A stretch of DNA of 64,000 nucleotides from the NCBI GenBank assembly GCA_964016885.1, contig OZ024744.1:126914001-126978000 (forward strand), in the 5' to 3' direction. Of this stretch, positions 1-11,039 are shown piece after piece (the stretch's first letter is position 1; every line of letters starts with the position of its first letter). The stretch is from Eledone cirrhosa (Eukaryota). The notes under the pieces were generated by a model. The model worked only from the letters and a program-made list of their open reading frames with translations, was not told the origin of the DNA and ran no database searches. Both the position numbers and the translations under genes were made by a program.

Positions 1-420
1 ATAAATGACTGATAGCAGATGTTCTGGTGAAATAGTAGTTTTACTACTACAGATTGTAATGGAACTCTTAGTAGACACAATTGTAAAGTAAGAATATATA
101 TGACAGTGTAAGACTGATGTCGGGGAGAGTAAATTGTGTATATATATATATATAATTGTTACACTAGATATAATTAGATTAATTAAAGTTATAATGAAGA
201 TAGCAAGTACCCGGTGTCGTTGAGAACGTTTCAACTCTCGTACCGGTGTCACACGTTAAAAGTCCCTGATGTAATTTAAAACCTTCAGACACAGTTCCAA
301 TCGTATTTAATTTATTGTAAATCAGAAAGTATCACTCAATAAAATATCAATTATATATCAATAAGAAAACCTCTACGTAGTCTCTCTAACTGCTAGAAAT
401 AGCAGCGAAATTATCCAATA
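1..420 (-). repeat. Third copy of the block lying upstream of the putative ZNF first exon (segmental duplication)
   Basis: High similarity to 14285-14690 (direct) and ~35600-36010 (inverted); implies another ZNF unit left of the window. Confidence 0.85.
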
Positions 421-505
421 TAACTGTTCTCTCTCTCTATATATATATACACACACACATATGTACGTATGTATGTAAATGTGTATACAACTCTTATGTG
501 TATGT

Positions 506-1150
506 ATAAACAACTATTTTATGGAGATTTAGTTAAAGGAAAACGACCTCCACATAAACCAAAAAAGAGGTATAAGGATTCCTTGAAAGCCTCTTTGAAA
601 GACGCTAATATCTCTGCTGATACATGGGAAAATGTTGCTGCTGATCGTAATGTGGGATGTGAGGAAAGGCATTACCGTTGCATTTGCAGTGTCTGTGCGA
701 GATTTTGCCTCAGCATAGCTGGACTCGAAAGTCATCTTCGCAGTCACAAAGTAAGACCAGTGGTTGACTACCAGGCTGCTGTTGGAGATGCTACTCATCA
801 TGCCTGCCAAGCATGTAGTAGAGAATGTAAATCAGCAGGAAGGCTCAAACGACATGCAAAAGTACATCAACTCCAGCCACAGCCGGCTATTCCCAGTAAA
901 TGATTTGGTTGGCAACTCTGTGCAAGACATTTTAGATCATTGGCTGGGCTAAAAAGCCACATTCGATCGCAGCGCTGTTGGTTGCTATTATGTGTGTGTG
1001 TGTATATATATACATATATATATATACATGTATATTATTATTGTTGTTGTCGTTATTATTATTACTATTATTATTATTATTACTATTATTATTATTGTTT
1101 TTTTTTCTCGTGCAATGGCCATACTCGATAACGAGGGGGCAGCCATCATA
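506..1150 (+). mobile_element. 3' fragment of an RTE-clade LINE (BovB/RTE-1-like) with C-terminal C2H2-like fingers
   Basis: KQLFYGDLVKGKRPPHKPKKRYKDSLKASLK...TWENVAADR is typical of RTE ORF C-termini. It is followed by CxxC..HxxxH motifs (CSVC..HLRSH, CQAC..HAKVH) and a third, frameshifted one. Confidence 0.75.
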
Positions 1151-1310
1151 TATGGGTATGTATGAGTGTGTATGTGTGTTTGCACGTATGTATGATGTGT
1201 ATATATGTACATAGGGTTTTGGTATATGTACGTTTGGTGAACATGTGTATTTACCTGTAGGTATTTGTGAGTGCGTTCTATACGCATTTATGCGCGTATA
1301 TTTATATATG

Positions 1311-2026
1311 TGTAACGGAATATGATGTGTGGTTGTAACGACAAGTGGATGAATGGATGTAACTGTTGGTATGGTGGTTTCAGTGTAAATAAAAATACCA
1401 GGAGTGTTGTTACAAAGTTTATTTTATTACAACAATATTCAATTTGAATATTGAATGATAAAATAATTGACACAAAATATTCATACAATAATTTGGTGGC
1501 TCTTCGAGCCACGTAAATTCAAATATCACAGAATACGATTATAATATGTGTAAACAGAAATGAATGGCGCGTGTACAAATGCTGGACTCACTATGAATTG
1601 CGTGTGTGCGGCGTATCAGTATATTTACTTATTTGCATTGCAGGAGTCAGCGATCAGCCAGGAAGGTGAGAATAAATGGCAGACTGGTTTTCGTGACGAG
1701 AGCCTGTAAATGAGACTCGTCTTGTCTGTATCTCACTTCTTTTCTGTTTTTGGCGTAAACAACCCCTGTCTTTATAAGAGTTGAAGTTAGAAGGATAGAT
1801 ATATCCTCTGAACTTTGGTTAGTCTCCCAAGGGATTAGTTTGCCAAGAGTAAACAAGTCAGAAAGATGGATATATCCTCTGACCTATTTTCTGTCAGGCG
1901 TAAACACCTCTGACCTGTGTTTAGCCTCTCCCAAGGGGTTAGTCTCTTGAGCGTAAACAAATTACAACGGCTTGTCCCAGAGGCGGGAAAGCTCAGATAC
2001 GGTTTCGAATCTTCGCCGCCGTTATA
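1311..2026. mobile_element. Putative solo LTR (or short-TIR element), ~716 bp
   Basis: Starts tgtaacgg and ends ccgttata (inverted termini, one mismatch); flanked by tatg on both sides; no long ORF. Confidence 0.4.
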
Positions 2027-2679
2027 TATGTATACACTCACACACACATATTTATATGTATTTGGTGTATACGTTCGTATGTGTGTGGGTATGTGTTGCA
2101 CCGGTTTACGTATGTGTGCGCGTGTATATGTGTACGTGCATGTATATGCATGCATGCCGTGTGTTTTCGCATATACACGTGTATAAATGTGTGTATGTAT
2201 ATATTTAAGATTCATGATTTCAATAACCTCTGTCATTTTCGTTCTACTAATTTATTTACATTATTCTAAAATCCGAAGCCGAGAATCATTCAGTTTCCTA
2301 AATAATATATTAGTCTACGACTCCATGTATACCTTAAATGTGGTTTGTCTTGGCGTGTAATTGTTCTCACCGCTCCACATAACGAGGTATGATCTTCGCT
2401 TCTTTCCGTTCATTGCCAGAGAACGTCGTCACGAACCAAAGTATCGTCTTCCTGTTTTACTTCGGTTGCAACATTTTTCGAAATATTTACTTCTACGTTC
2501 ACAGATTGATTTTTTTCAGTTTCAGATCCCGTTAAGGGTGAAACCAGCAATTCTTTATGTATGTGGGGTGGGGATTGGAGAGGTAGGTCAGAGGGGTTAC
2601 TTCGCTGGTAAGGGGGTGGAGTGTTAAGACGTGGGGAGGAGGAAAATTGGGGCATACTTCAAACCACTAAATGTTGCTT

Positions 2680-3389
2680 CATCCCGTGGACATGGGAATG
2701 CAGGTCTCCTGCAGTACTGTATAACGCCAGAGATTTCAATCCTGTGTCATCACCTTTGAGAGGTACAATGGTGTCAGGTCAGTTTTTACCTCCTCATCCC
2801 AAGCATTCATAGGTATTCTTCTTCCATCAATTTCAAGCAGTCAACCTTTTATACGACATCTCTATCTTCATACACATCACATGTCCATACCACAGCAATC
2901 TACACTCCTGCATACTGTATCTTATCCCTCTCATGCCCAGGTTCTCTCTCAGTTTATTTACACTTTGCTCTTCATGTATATTAATATTACACATCCATCG
3001 GAGAATTCAAGCTTCATTTCTGTCCAATCTTCGGAGGTCCTCTGCACACAGCGCCCAGATCTCACTGCAATGCAGCATTGCTGTTCATATGCAGACATCA
3101 ATTTGATGAAACAACCTTTTGTAGCTAGCAGTAGTAACACACTAAACCTTTGACATCTTGTTCTTACTCTGGTTACTGTACTTTCAGAACACCTACCTCC
3201 ACTGCTAATTTGGTCCCCCTGGTAACAGAAACTGTCAACTGCTTCTACAGAATCCTTTAAATATTTGATAGAGCTTGTCTTCTAAAGTGATTGCTTCTTA
3301 CTGCTCCAGTGCAGTGACCCCTTGTAAACCCTACATTCTTAGCTAACTCACTATGTATTCCACTAAATCTCTGGTGTACCCATAGTCTC
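2680..3389 (-). mobile_element. Degenerate RTE LINE 3' fragment
   Basis: Minus strand resembles the 'VDSFxYLGD..GGGCSE' and 'LRWMCN..' regions of the RTE copies at 33900-34450; many stops. Confidence 0.7.
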
Positions 3390-3404
3390 TTTAGTGTAAA
3401 TAAT

Positions 3405-3591
3405 TGTTTCTACTTTTGACACAATGCCAGCAATTATCCCAGTGTATCACTGGTACTTTATTTTATCGACCCCGTAAGGATGAAAGGCATAGTTAACCTC
3501 GGCGGGATTTGAACTCAGACCATAAAGGGCCGTAACTCTTTGCTGCAAAGCATGGCGTCCGTCCCTCTACCGACACTGCCAATCCGCCGCC
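3405..3591 (-). mobile_element. tRNA-derived SINE (Nin/Deu-domain-like) with 15-bp target-site duplication
   Basis: Minus strand: ggcggcggattggcag head, B-box gagttcaaatccc, gcctttcatcc..ggggtcgataaa body. TSD tttagtgtaaataat at 3390-3404 and 3592-3606. Confidence 0.8.
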
Positions 3592-3844
3592 TTTAGTGTA
3601 AATAATGTTTCATACACACATGTATGTGTGACCATTGGTTTCTGAGGCCACTTATGGCCACCACTGTTTAATGGGGGAGGCACTTCCAAACAGACCCTTC
3701 ATTAGGCATGCTGACAAATATATTAAAAGGAAGTTCTTTCCTCCAACAATTTTCACACCAAACAGAGGAGAGTTTCATATTGTCAAAAAGGGAGGTAAAT
3801 CTTTAGTGGTGGAATTGTCAGGCTTAATTATATATGTAATTAGA

Positions 3845-4480
3845 CATACATAGAAGTGGTTGATAGCTTTTGCAATCTAGGTGACTTAATTAGCAGTGGC
3901 GGGGGCTGCTCTGAAAGATGAATAGCTAGGATAAGGATAGGATGGAAAAAGTTTAGAGAGCTACTGCAACAGTTGACCACAAAAGGTTTCTCTCTCTGTA
4001 CAAAAGGACAACTGTATGACACATGTGGGTGATGTGCAATGATGCATGGTAACGAAACAAGGGTGTGACTGCAGAGGATATGTAGACAGGAGAGAAATGG
4101 AACAACCATGCTTTGTAGGATATGTTGTGTAAGTGTGAGAGAAAGGCAGAGCTTGGACGAGTACAAGAAGAAGCTGGGTTTAAGAGTGATCTGAAGTGGT
4201 GTGTAAGAGAGAAGACTGTGTTTGTACAGACAAGGGATGCACATGGATAATGACCGCTGGGTGATGAAGTGCCAGGAAATCCCAGTAGAAGGAAACCATA
4301 GTAGAGGTAGGCCAAGAAAGACCTGGACAGAGGCTGTGTGAACTGACTGCAAAGAACTGACCCTCACAGAGGAGATGACAAAGGAACACGTAAAGTGGAA
4401 AGATGCCATGTTGAGAAGGACCTGTCCAACCCAAGGAAGCATAGAAAAAGCGACATAAAAACTGATGATGTTGATGAAGA
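3845..4480 (+). mobile_element. RTE LINE 3' fragment with (GAT)n tail
   Basis: IEVVDSFCNLGD..SGGGCSE..IGWKKFRELL..GRPRKTW; inverted paralogous copy at ~27860-28375. Confidence 0.85.
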
Positions 4481-4799
4481 TGACGTACATATACACACAT
4501 CCATACACAAATAAATCAAACACAGATATGAACATACGTATATACAAACATAGATACAACATATACATGGACACAAATTTCTACACACATACATTCATAT
4601 ATATATAACGTGTGTAAATTCTGAACAATACAGTTTTGTCGGCAAAACTCTTGGTTACAACTTCTACAAATAAAATTAAACGAGAAGAATTTCTGAGTAA
4701 AACAGTTTTATTCAAGATATTAACAACATTGGTGGCACTATTTTGGGTGAGTGACATGGTTTTCATCTTGTCTAATTATGTTGCATTAAATCATCTTTA

Positions 4800-5460
4800 G
4801 AAGAGAACGATTTATCACAGACATCACAGTGATATGGTTCCTCTGCTATAGATGTTAGTGTCTAATGAAGTCACAGAATTTAGAGAAGCATTTACCACAG
4901 ACATCACAGTGATATGGTTCCTCTCCTGTAGATGTTAGTGTCTAATGAAGTCACAGAATTTAGAGAAGCATTTACCACAGACATCACAGTGATATGGTTC
5001 CTCTGCTATAGATGTTAGTGTCTAATGAAGTCACAGAATTTAGAGAAGCATTTACCACAGACATCACAGTGATATGGTTCCTCTCCTGTAGATGTTAGTG
5101 TCTAATGAAGTCACAGAATTTAGAGAAGCATTTACCACAGACATCACAGTGATATGGTTCCTCTCCTCTAGATGTTAGTGTCTAATGAAGTCACAGAATT
5201 TAGAGAAGCATTTACCACAGACATCATAGTGATATGGTTCCTCTCCTGTAGATGTTAGTGTCTAATGAAGTCACAGAATTTAGAGAAGCATTTACCACAG
5301 ACATCACAGTGATATGGTTCCTCTCCTGTAGATGTTAGTGTCTAATGAAGTCACAGAATTTAGAGAAGCATTTACCACAGACATCATAGTGATATGGTTC
5401 CTCTCCTGTAGATGTTAGTGTCTAGTGAAGTCACAACATTTAGAGAAAGATTTACCAAAT
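4800..5460 (-). repeat. 80-bp minisatellite (~8 copies) derived from zinc-finger coding DNA, downstream of the ZNF1 stop
   Basis: tagagaagca recurs at 4881, 4961, 5041, 5121, 5201, 5281, 5361. The unit contains ccatatcactgtgatgtctgtggtaaa (PYHCDVCGK) on the minus strand but is 80 rather than 84 bp and has a stop. Confidence 0.9.
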
Positions 5461-5609
5461 ATATCAGTGATATGGCTTCCCAGCTGTATGTATATGTTTG
5501 TGTGTAACATTCAAAGAGAATGGTTTCTCTCACATGTCACAATGATATGTATTTAAATTTTCATTGATTCACAAATTTGAGGGAATGATTTATTTCTGAT
5601 GTCAATGCA

Positions 5610-8222
5610 TTATGATTTCTCTTCTGCATGTATAAGTTTGTGAGTAGCTAGGCTACTTTTCCCAGAGAATGATTTACCACAGATATCACAGTGATATGGC
5701 ATGTCTCCTGTATGTGTACATTTATGTGTAGTTAAGTTACTACCTAGAGAGAATGATTTACCACAGATATCACAGTGATATGGCTTGTCTCCTGTATGGG
5801 TACGTTTATGGCTAGTTAAGGTACCACTTAGAGAGAATGATTTACCACAGATATCACAGTGATATGGCTTGTCTCCTGTATGTGTACGTTTATGTGTAGT
5901 TAAGTTACTACCTAGAGAGAATGATTTACCACAGATATCACAGTGATATGGCTTGTCTCCTGTATGGGTACGTTTGTGGATAGTTAAGGTACCACTTAGA
6001 GAGAATGATTTACCACAGATACCACAGTGATATGGCTTGTCTCCTGTATGTGTACGTTTATGTGTAGTTAAGTTACTACTTAGTGAGAATGATTTACCAC
6101 AGATATCACAGTGATATGGCTTGACTCCTTTATGGGTACGTTTGTGGCTAGATAAGGTATCACTTACAGAGAATGATTTACCACAGATATCACAGTAATA
6201 TGGCTTGTCTCCTGTATGTGTACGTTTATGTGTAGTTAGGTTACTACTTTGAGAGAATGATTTACCACAGATATCACAGTGATATGGCTTGTCTCCTGTA
6301 TGTATAGGTTTATGTGTAGTTAAGTTACTACTTTGAGAGAATGATATACCACAGATATCACAGCGATATGGCTTGTCTCCTGTATGTATACGTTTATGCT
6401 TAAATAAGGATCTACTTTCAGAGAATAATTTACCACAGATATCACAGTGATATGGCTTGTCTCCTGTATGGGTCCGTTTGTGGCTAGTTAAGGCACTACT
6501 TTCTGAGAATGATTTACCACAGATATCACAGTGATATGGCTTGTCTCCTGTATGTATAAATTTGTGTGTAGTGAATGTACTACTTTGAGAGAATGATTTA
6601 CCACAGATATCACAGTGATATGGCTTGTCTCCTGTATGTGTACGTTTATGTGCAGTTAAGTTACTACTTAGAGAGAATGATTTACCACAGATATCACAGT
6701 GATATGGCCTGTCTCCTGTATGGGTACGTTTGTGGCTAGTTAAGGTACCACTTAGAGAGAATGATTTACCACAGATATCACAGTGATATGGCTTGTCTCC
6801 TGTATGTGTACGTTTGTGTCTAGTTAAGTGACTACTTAGAGAGAATGATTTACCACAGATGTCACAGTGATATGGCTTGTCTCCTGTATGGGTACGTTTG
6901 TGGCTAGTTAAGGTATCACTTACAGAGAATGATTTACCACAGATATCACAATTATAAGGCTTATCTCCCGTATGTGTACGTTTATGTGCAGTTAAGTTAC
7001 TACTTTGAGAGAATGATTTACCACAGATATCACAGTGTAATGGCTTGTCTCCTGTATGTATAAGTTTATGCTTAAATAAGGATCTACTTTCAGAGAATGA
7101 TTTACCACAGATATCACAGTGATATGGCTTGTCTCCTGTATGTGTACGTTTATGTTTAGTTAAGTTACTACTATCAGAGAATGATTTACCACAGATATCA
7201 CAGTGATATGGCTTGTCTCCCGTATGTGTACGTTTGTGTCTAGTTAAGGGACCACTTACAGAGAATGATTTACCACAGATATCACAGTGATATGGCTTAT
7301 CTCCTGTATGTGTACGTTTGTGGCTAGTGAAGGCACTACTTTGAGAGAATGATATACCACAGATATCACAGTGATATGGCTTGTCTCCTGTATGTGTACG
7401 TTCATGTGTAGTTAAGTGACTACTTTGAGAGAATGATTTACCACAGATATCGCAGTGATATGGTTTCTCACCCGTATGGGTATGTATGTGAGAAGTTAAG
7501 GCACTACTTTCAGAGAATGATTTACCACAGATATCACAGTGATATTGCTTATGTCCTGTATGTATATGTTTGTGTCTAGTAAAGGCACTACTATCAGAGA
7601 ATGATTTGCCACAGATATCACAATGATATGGCTTGTCTCCTGTATGTGTACGTTTGTGTGTAGTTAAGTGACTACGTTGAGAGAATGATTTACCACAGAT
7701 ATCGCAGTGATATGGTTTCTCACCCGTATGGGTACGTGTATGAGAAGTTAGGGTACTATTATTAGAGAATGATTTAGTGCAGATATCACAGTGATATTGC
7801 TTATGTCCTGTATGTATACGTTTGTGTCTAGTCAAGGCACTACTATCAGAGAATGATTTGCCACAGATATCACAGTGATATGGCTTGTCTCCTGTATGTA
7901 TACGTTTGTGGTTAGTTAAGGTACTACTTACAGAGAATGATTTGCCACAGATATCACAGTGATATGGCTTGTCTCCTGTATGTATACGTTTGTGATCAGT
8001 TAGGTGACTATTTTGAGAGAATGATTTACTACAGATATCGCAGTGATATGGTTTCTCACCTGTATGAGTATGTATGTGAGAAGTTAAGGTACTACTATGA
8101 GAGAATGATTTACCACAGATATCGCATTGATATGGTTTCTCTCCTGTATGTATACGTTTATGCCTAATTAAAGAACTACTATCAGAGAATGATTTACCAC
8201 AGATATCACAGTGATATGCCAT
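5610..8222 (-). CDS. Poly-C2H2 zinc-finger protein ZNF1 (870 aa, 31 tandem fingers)
   Basis: Uninterrupted ORF of 28-aa [28 protein letters not shown] units, ending HAEEKS like its paralogues. Confidence 0.9.
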   Translation of the reverse strand: MAYHCDICGKSFSDSSSLIRHKRIHTGEKPYQCDICGKSFSHSSTLTSHIHTHTGEKPYHCDICSKSFSQNSHLTDHKRIHTGDKPYHCDICGKSFSVSSTLTNHKRIHTGDKPYHCDICGKSFSDSSALTRHKRIHTGHKQYHCDICTKSFSNNSTLTSHTRTHTGEKPYHCDICGKSFSQRSHLTTHKRTHTGDKPYHCDICGKSFSDSSAFTRHKHIHTGHKQYHCDICGKSFSESSALTSHIHTHTGEKPYHCDICGKSFSQSSHLTTHERTHTGDKPYHCDICGISFSQSSAFTSHKRTHTGDKPYHCDICGKSFSVSGPLTRHKRTHTGDKPYHCDICGKSFSDSSNLTKHKRTHTGDKPYHCDICGKSFSESRSLFKHKLIHTGDKPLHCDICGKSFSQSSNLTAHKRTHTGDKPYNCDICGKSFSVSDTLTSHKRTHTGDKPYHCDICGKSFSLSSHLTRHKRTHTGDKPYHCDICGKSFSLSGTLTSHKRTHTGDRPYHCDICGKSFSLSSNLTAHKRTHTGDKPYHCDICGKSFSQSSTFTTHKFIHTGDKPYHCDICGKSFSESSALTSHKRTHTGDKPYHCDICGKLFSESRSLFKHKRIHTGDKPYRCDICGISFSQSSNLTTHKPIHTGDKPYHCDICGKSFSQSSNLTTHKRTHTGDKPYYCDICGKSFSVSDTLSSHKRTHKGVKPYHCDICGKSFSLSSNLTTHKRTHTGDKPYHCGICGKSFSLSGTLTIHKRTHTGDKPYHCDICGKSFSLGSNLTTHKRTHTGDKPYHCDICGKSFSLSGTLTSHKRTHTGDKPYHCDICGKSFSLGSNLTTHKCTHTGDMPYHCDICGKSFSGKSSLATHKLIHAEEKS

Positions 8223-8560
8223 GCCTCTTGTATGGGTAGGTTTGTGATCAGTTAAGTAACTGCTGAGAGAGAATGATTTACCACAGATATCACAGTGATA
8301 TGGCTTATGTCCTGTATGGGTACGTTGTGAGAAGTTAAGTCACTACTTCGAGAGAATTATTTACCACGGATATCACAATATGGCTTATCTCCTGTATGTA
8401 TAACTTTGTGAGTAGTTAAGGTACTAAGTTTATTAAATTATTTACCAGATATCACAGTGATATGGCTTCTCTTCTCTAACCTTCGTCATCTCACCAGGAA
8501 TACTAAACACTTTAGATTGTGTTTCGCATTTAATCTTCTTTGTCAATTATTTTCCTTCTT
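8223..8560 (-). pseudogene. Decayed ancestral N-terminus and first ~3 fingers of ZNF1
   Basis: Aligns to ZNF3 24532-24750 ([25 protein letters not shown]), but the ATG is lost (aaggaaaat) and there are indels and stops. Confidence 0.85.
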
Positions 8561-8894
8561 CAACAGCATATACAGATGTTTTCCTTGTAATTTTTTTTAT
8601 ATTATATTTCTTATAAAATATTTCTTCTATATTTCCCTCAAATATATTTAAGTTTATATCTGAAGATAATATAAACTTCTTTTTCCTCCAAGTTTAGTTA
8701 AAATACAAAATCATCTTATAGTGAAGAAAATAAACTCAGTTTTGAGGAAATATTTCACAGTAATATGACGAGAGATTTATATAAACAGTGTTATATAAGT
8801 TCTGCTTAGAATGTTTTAGTTTTAAAATGATGATAAATAGAGGTGATGTATCCAAGATTGAAAATAATAATTTATCCCAATGTCATCTGGTATT

Positions 8895-8920
8895 CTGAAA
8901 TAAGAAAGAAACAGTATGAG
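8895..8920 (-). promoter_or_regulatory. Putative splice acceptor of the ZNF1 coding exon
   Basis: ctgtttctttcttatttcag|aatacc on minus; identical upstream of ZNF2 (20666) and ZNF3 (24354). Confidence 0.65.
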
Positions 8921-8999
8921 ATAATACAGAATACTTTAGAAGCAGAGATAGATTTAACAGTGGAAATTTTATATTTCTATATTGGTAAATTGTAGACTA

Positions 9000-9515
9000 C
9001 CTTGAGTAGAAGATTATGGAAGTTAAAGGACCCCATAGCCAGTGACAAATTTAAAAGCCTATTACTTGATGCCTTTGACAATAAGGAAGATCAATTAGAG
9101 ACATGCAATATAGAGGAACAGTGGCAATCCTTGAAAGTGAACCTGCTGAAAGCAACAGTCAGTAGGCACCTCTAACAAAATAGACCTCCACCCCATCCAC
9201 ACCACCCCCTTAAATGTGAAGTTATGTTGGAACCACAACATCCAGTCCGAAACAAATGAGGTCGTGTAGGTGTCACGACAAAAAAAAAAAAACACACACA
9301 GTCCACGCTGTAATGTGGCCGTGTAGGTAACACGGTAAAAACCTCCCAGTCCACACTGTAAATGTGGTTGGTGTTAGGAAGGGCATCCAGCCGTAGAAAA
9401 CCCACCAGACAGTCCTATGCGAGCAAGACAACCATTCTTGCCTCAAGTGGCAAAACTCCCGTCCAAACCCATGCTAGCATGGAAGATGGACGTTAAACGA
9501 TGATGATGATGATGT
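9000..9515 (+). mobile_element. Internally deleted RTE LINE (short ORF piece joined to 3' UTR and (GAT)n tail)
   Basis: NIEEQWQSLKVNLL segment matches 32331-32375; 9155-9515 matches 34510-34862. Confidence 0.8.
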
Positions 9516-9534
9516 ATATATACACTGTGTACAG

Positions 9535-9719
9535 TATATATAATACCCTATATATGTTGTCCAAGAGAAAGGCTATGGCCGATACAGCTTGGCACTTGTG
9601 ACATCACAACATATATATACACTATATATATTATACAGTATATATACACTATATATATGTCCAAGGGAAAGGTAATGGCTGACACAGCTTGACACCAGCG
9701 ACATCACAACATATATATA

Positions 9720-9756
<37 letters not shown>

Positions 9757-10165
9757 TACACTGTGTACAATATCTATCATACACTATATATGTTGTCCAA
9801 GGGAAATGTAATGGCTGATACAGCTTGGCACCAGTGACATCACAACATATATATACACTATATATATATATATATATATATATACACTGTGTACAATATC
9901 TATCATACACTATATATGTTGTCCAAGGGAAAGGTAATGGCTGATACAGCTTGGCACCAGTGACATCACAACATATATATACACTATATATATATATATA
10001 CATACACCATATATGTTGTCCAAGGGAAAGGCAATGGCTGACACAGCTTGGCACCAGTGACATCACAACATATATATACACTATATATATACACCATATA
10101 TGTTGTCCAAGGGAAAGGCAATGGCTGATACAGCTTGGCACCAGTGACATCACAACATATATATA
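9535..10165. repeat. Six tandem ~60-bp SINE-derived units separated by (TA)n spacers
   Basis: gttgtccaagggaaaggtaatggctgatacagcttggcaccagtgacatcacaac repeated; two more copies at 12845-13015, where the unit runs into a SINE body. Confidence 0.85.
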
Positions 10166-10587
10166 TAACTTATATCCCAGACTTCCATAGATTATTTCTA
10201 TTCTACAGCTATCTCTCTTCCCCAGTTTCAAAATGTTCTGTTTACATTATTATTATTATCATTCACTTGTTTCCACAACGTATATACTTCGACCTTGTTT
10301 TTGATATAAACCATGTTGGACATTGTCTCTTTCTCTTCAAACTCATCCCTAACCCCCGCCATTACCTCCCCTTTCTCTCACTCATTCATTTCGGTGTTTA
10401 CGAAGCTAGGTGACCATCTTCAAAGTTCTTGCATACTTGCCTTGTGTAATATGTCTACTTATATCTGCTTATTTCCCCCGAATCTCCTGTGATGATATAT
10501 GTCATGATGGCTACCTATCTCACAATTTCCCACTCACCACCATAGGCTATTTCACCAATCAAACCTCAGCAACATGTCCTGACCCAT

Positions 10588-10880
10588 TACCAGCCCCAAC
10601 AAACTCTGCCATTACTACTACTGTCCTTCTAGCCCTTACCAGCCCCAACAAACTCTGCCATTACTACTACTGCCCTTCTAGCCCTTACCAGCCCCAACAA
10701 ACTCTGCCATTACTACTACTGTCCTTCTAGACCTTACCAGCCCTAACAAACTCTGCTATTACTACTACTGTCCTTCTAGCCCTTACCAGCCCCAACAAAC
10801 TCTGCCATTACTACTAGTCCTTCTAGACCTTACCAGCCCCAACAAACTCTGCCATTACTACTACTGTCCTTCTAGCCCTG
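10588..10880. repeat. 49-bp minisatellite, ~6 copies
   Basis: Unit accagccccaacaaactctgccattactactactgtccttctagccctt. Confidence 0.9.
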
Positions 10881-11039
10881 CACCAAAGAATTCTTGATTA
10901 CTGTTATGTATGGAGGAGTGAAAGATAAATGGAACAACCCCGAATAAATAAATCAATATAAATCCGCGAGTTACCAAGCACACATACAAAGCTTTAATTC
11001 AGAGACAGGAAGCATACACACTCCCCCGCAAATGATGGC

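Noticed and set aside
940-2270. Short Y/I/C/V/H/T-rich ORFs (here and throughout)
   Set aside because: Translations of (TA)n, (CA)n and (TTA)n microsatellites.
3840-4574. 244-aa minus-strand ORF and similar antisense ORFs over RTE and ZNF sequence
   Set aside because: Shadow frames of LINE or zinc-finger coding DNA.
9535-10165. CRISPR-like repeat-spacer array
   Set aside because: Eukaryotic context; spacers are TA microsatellite, repeats are SINE-derived, and there are no cas genes.
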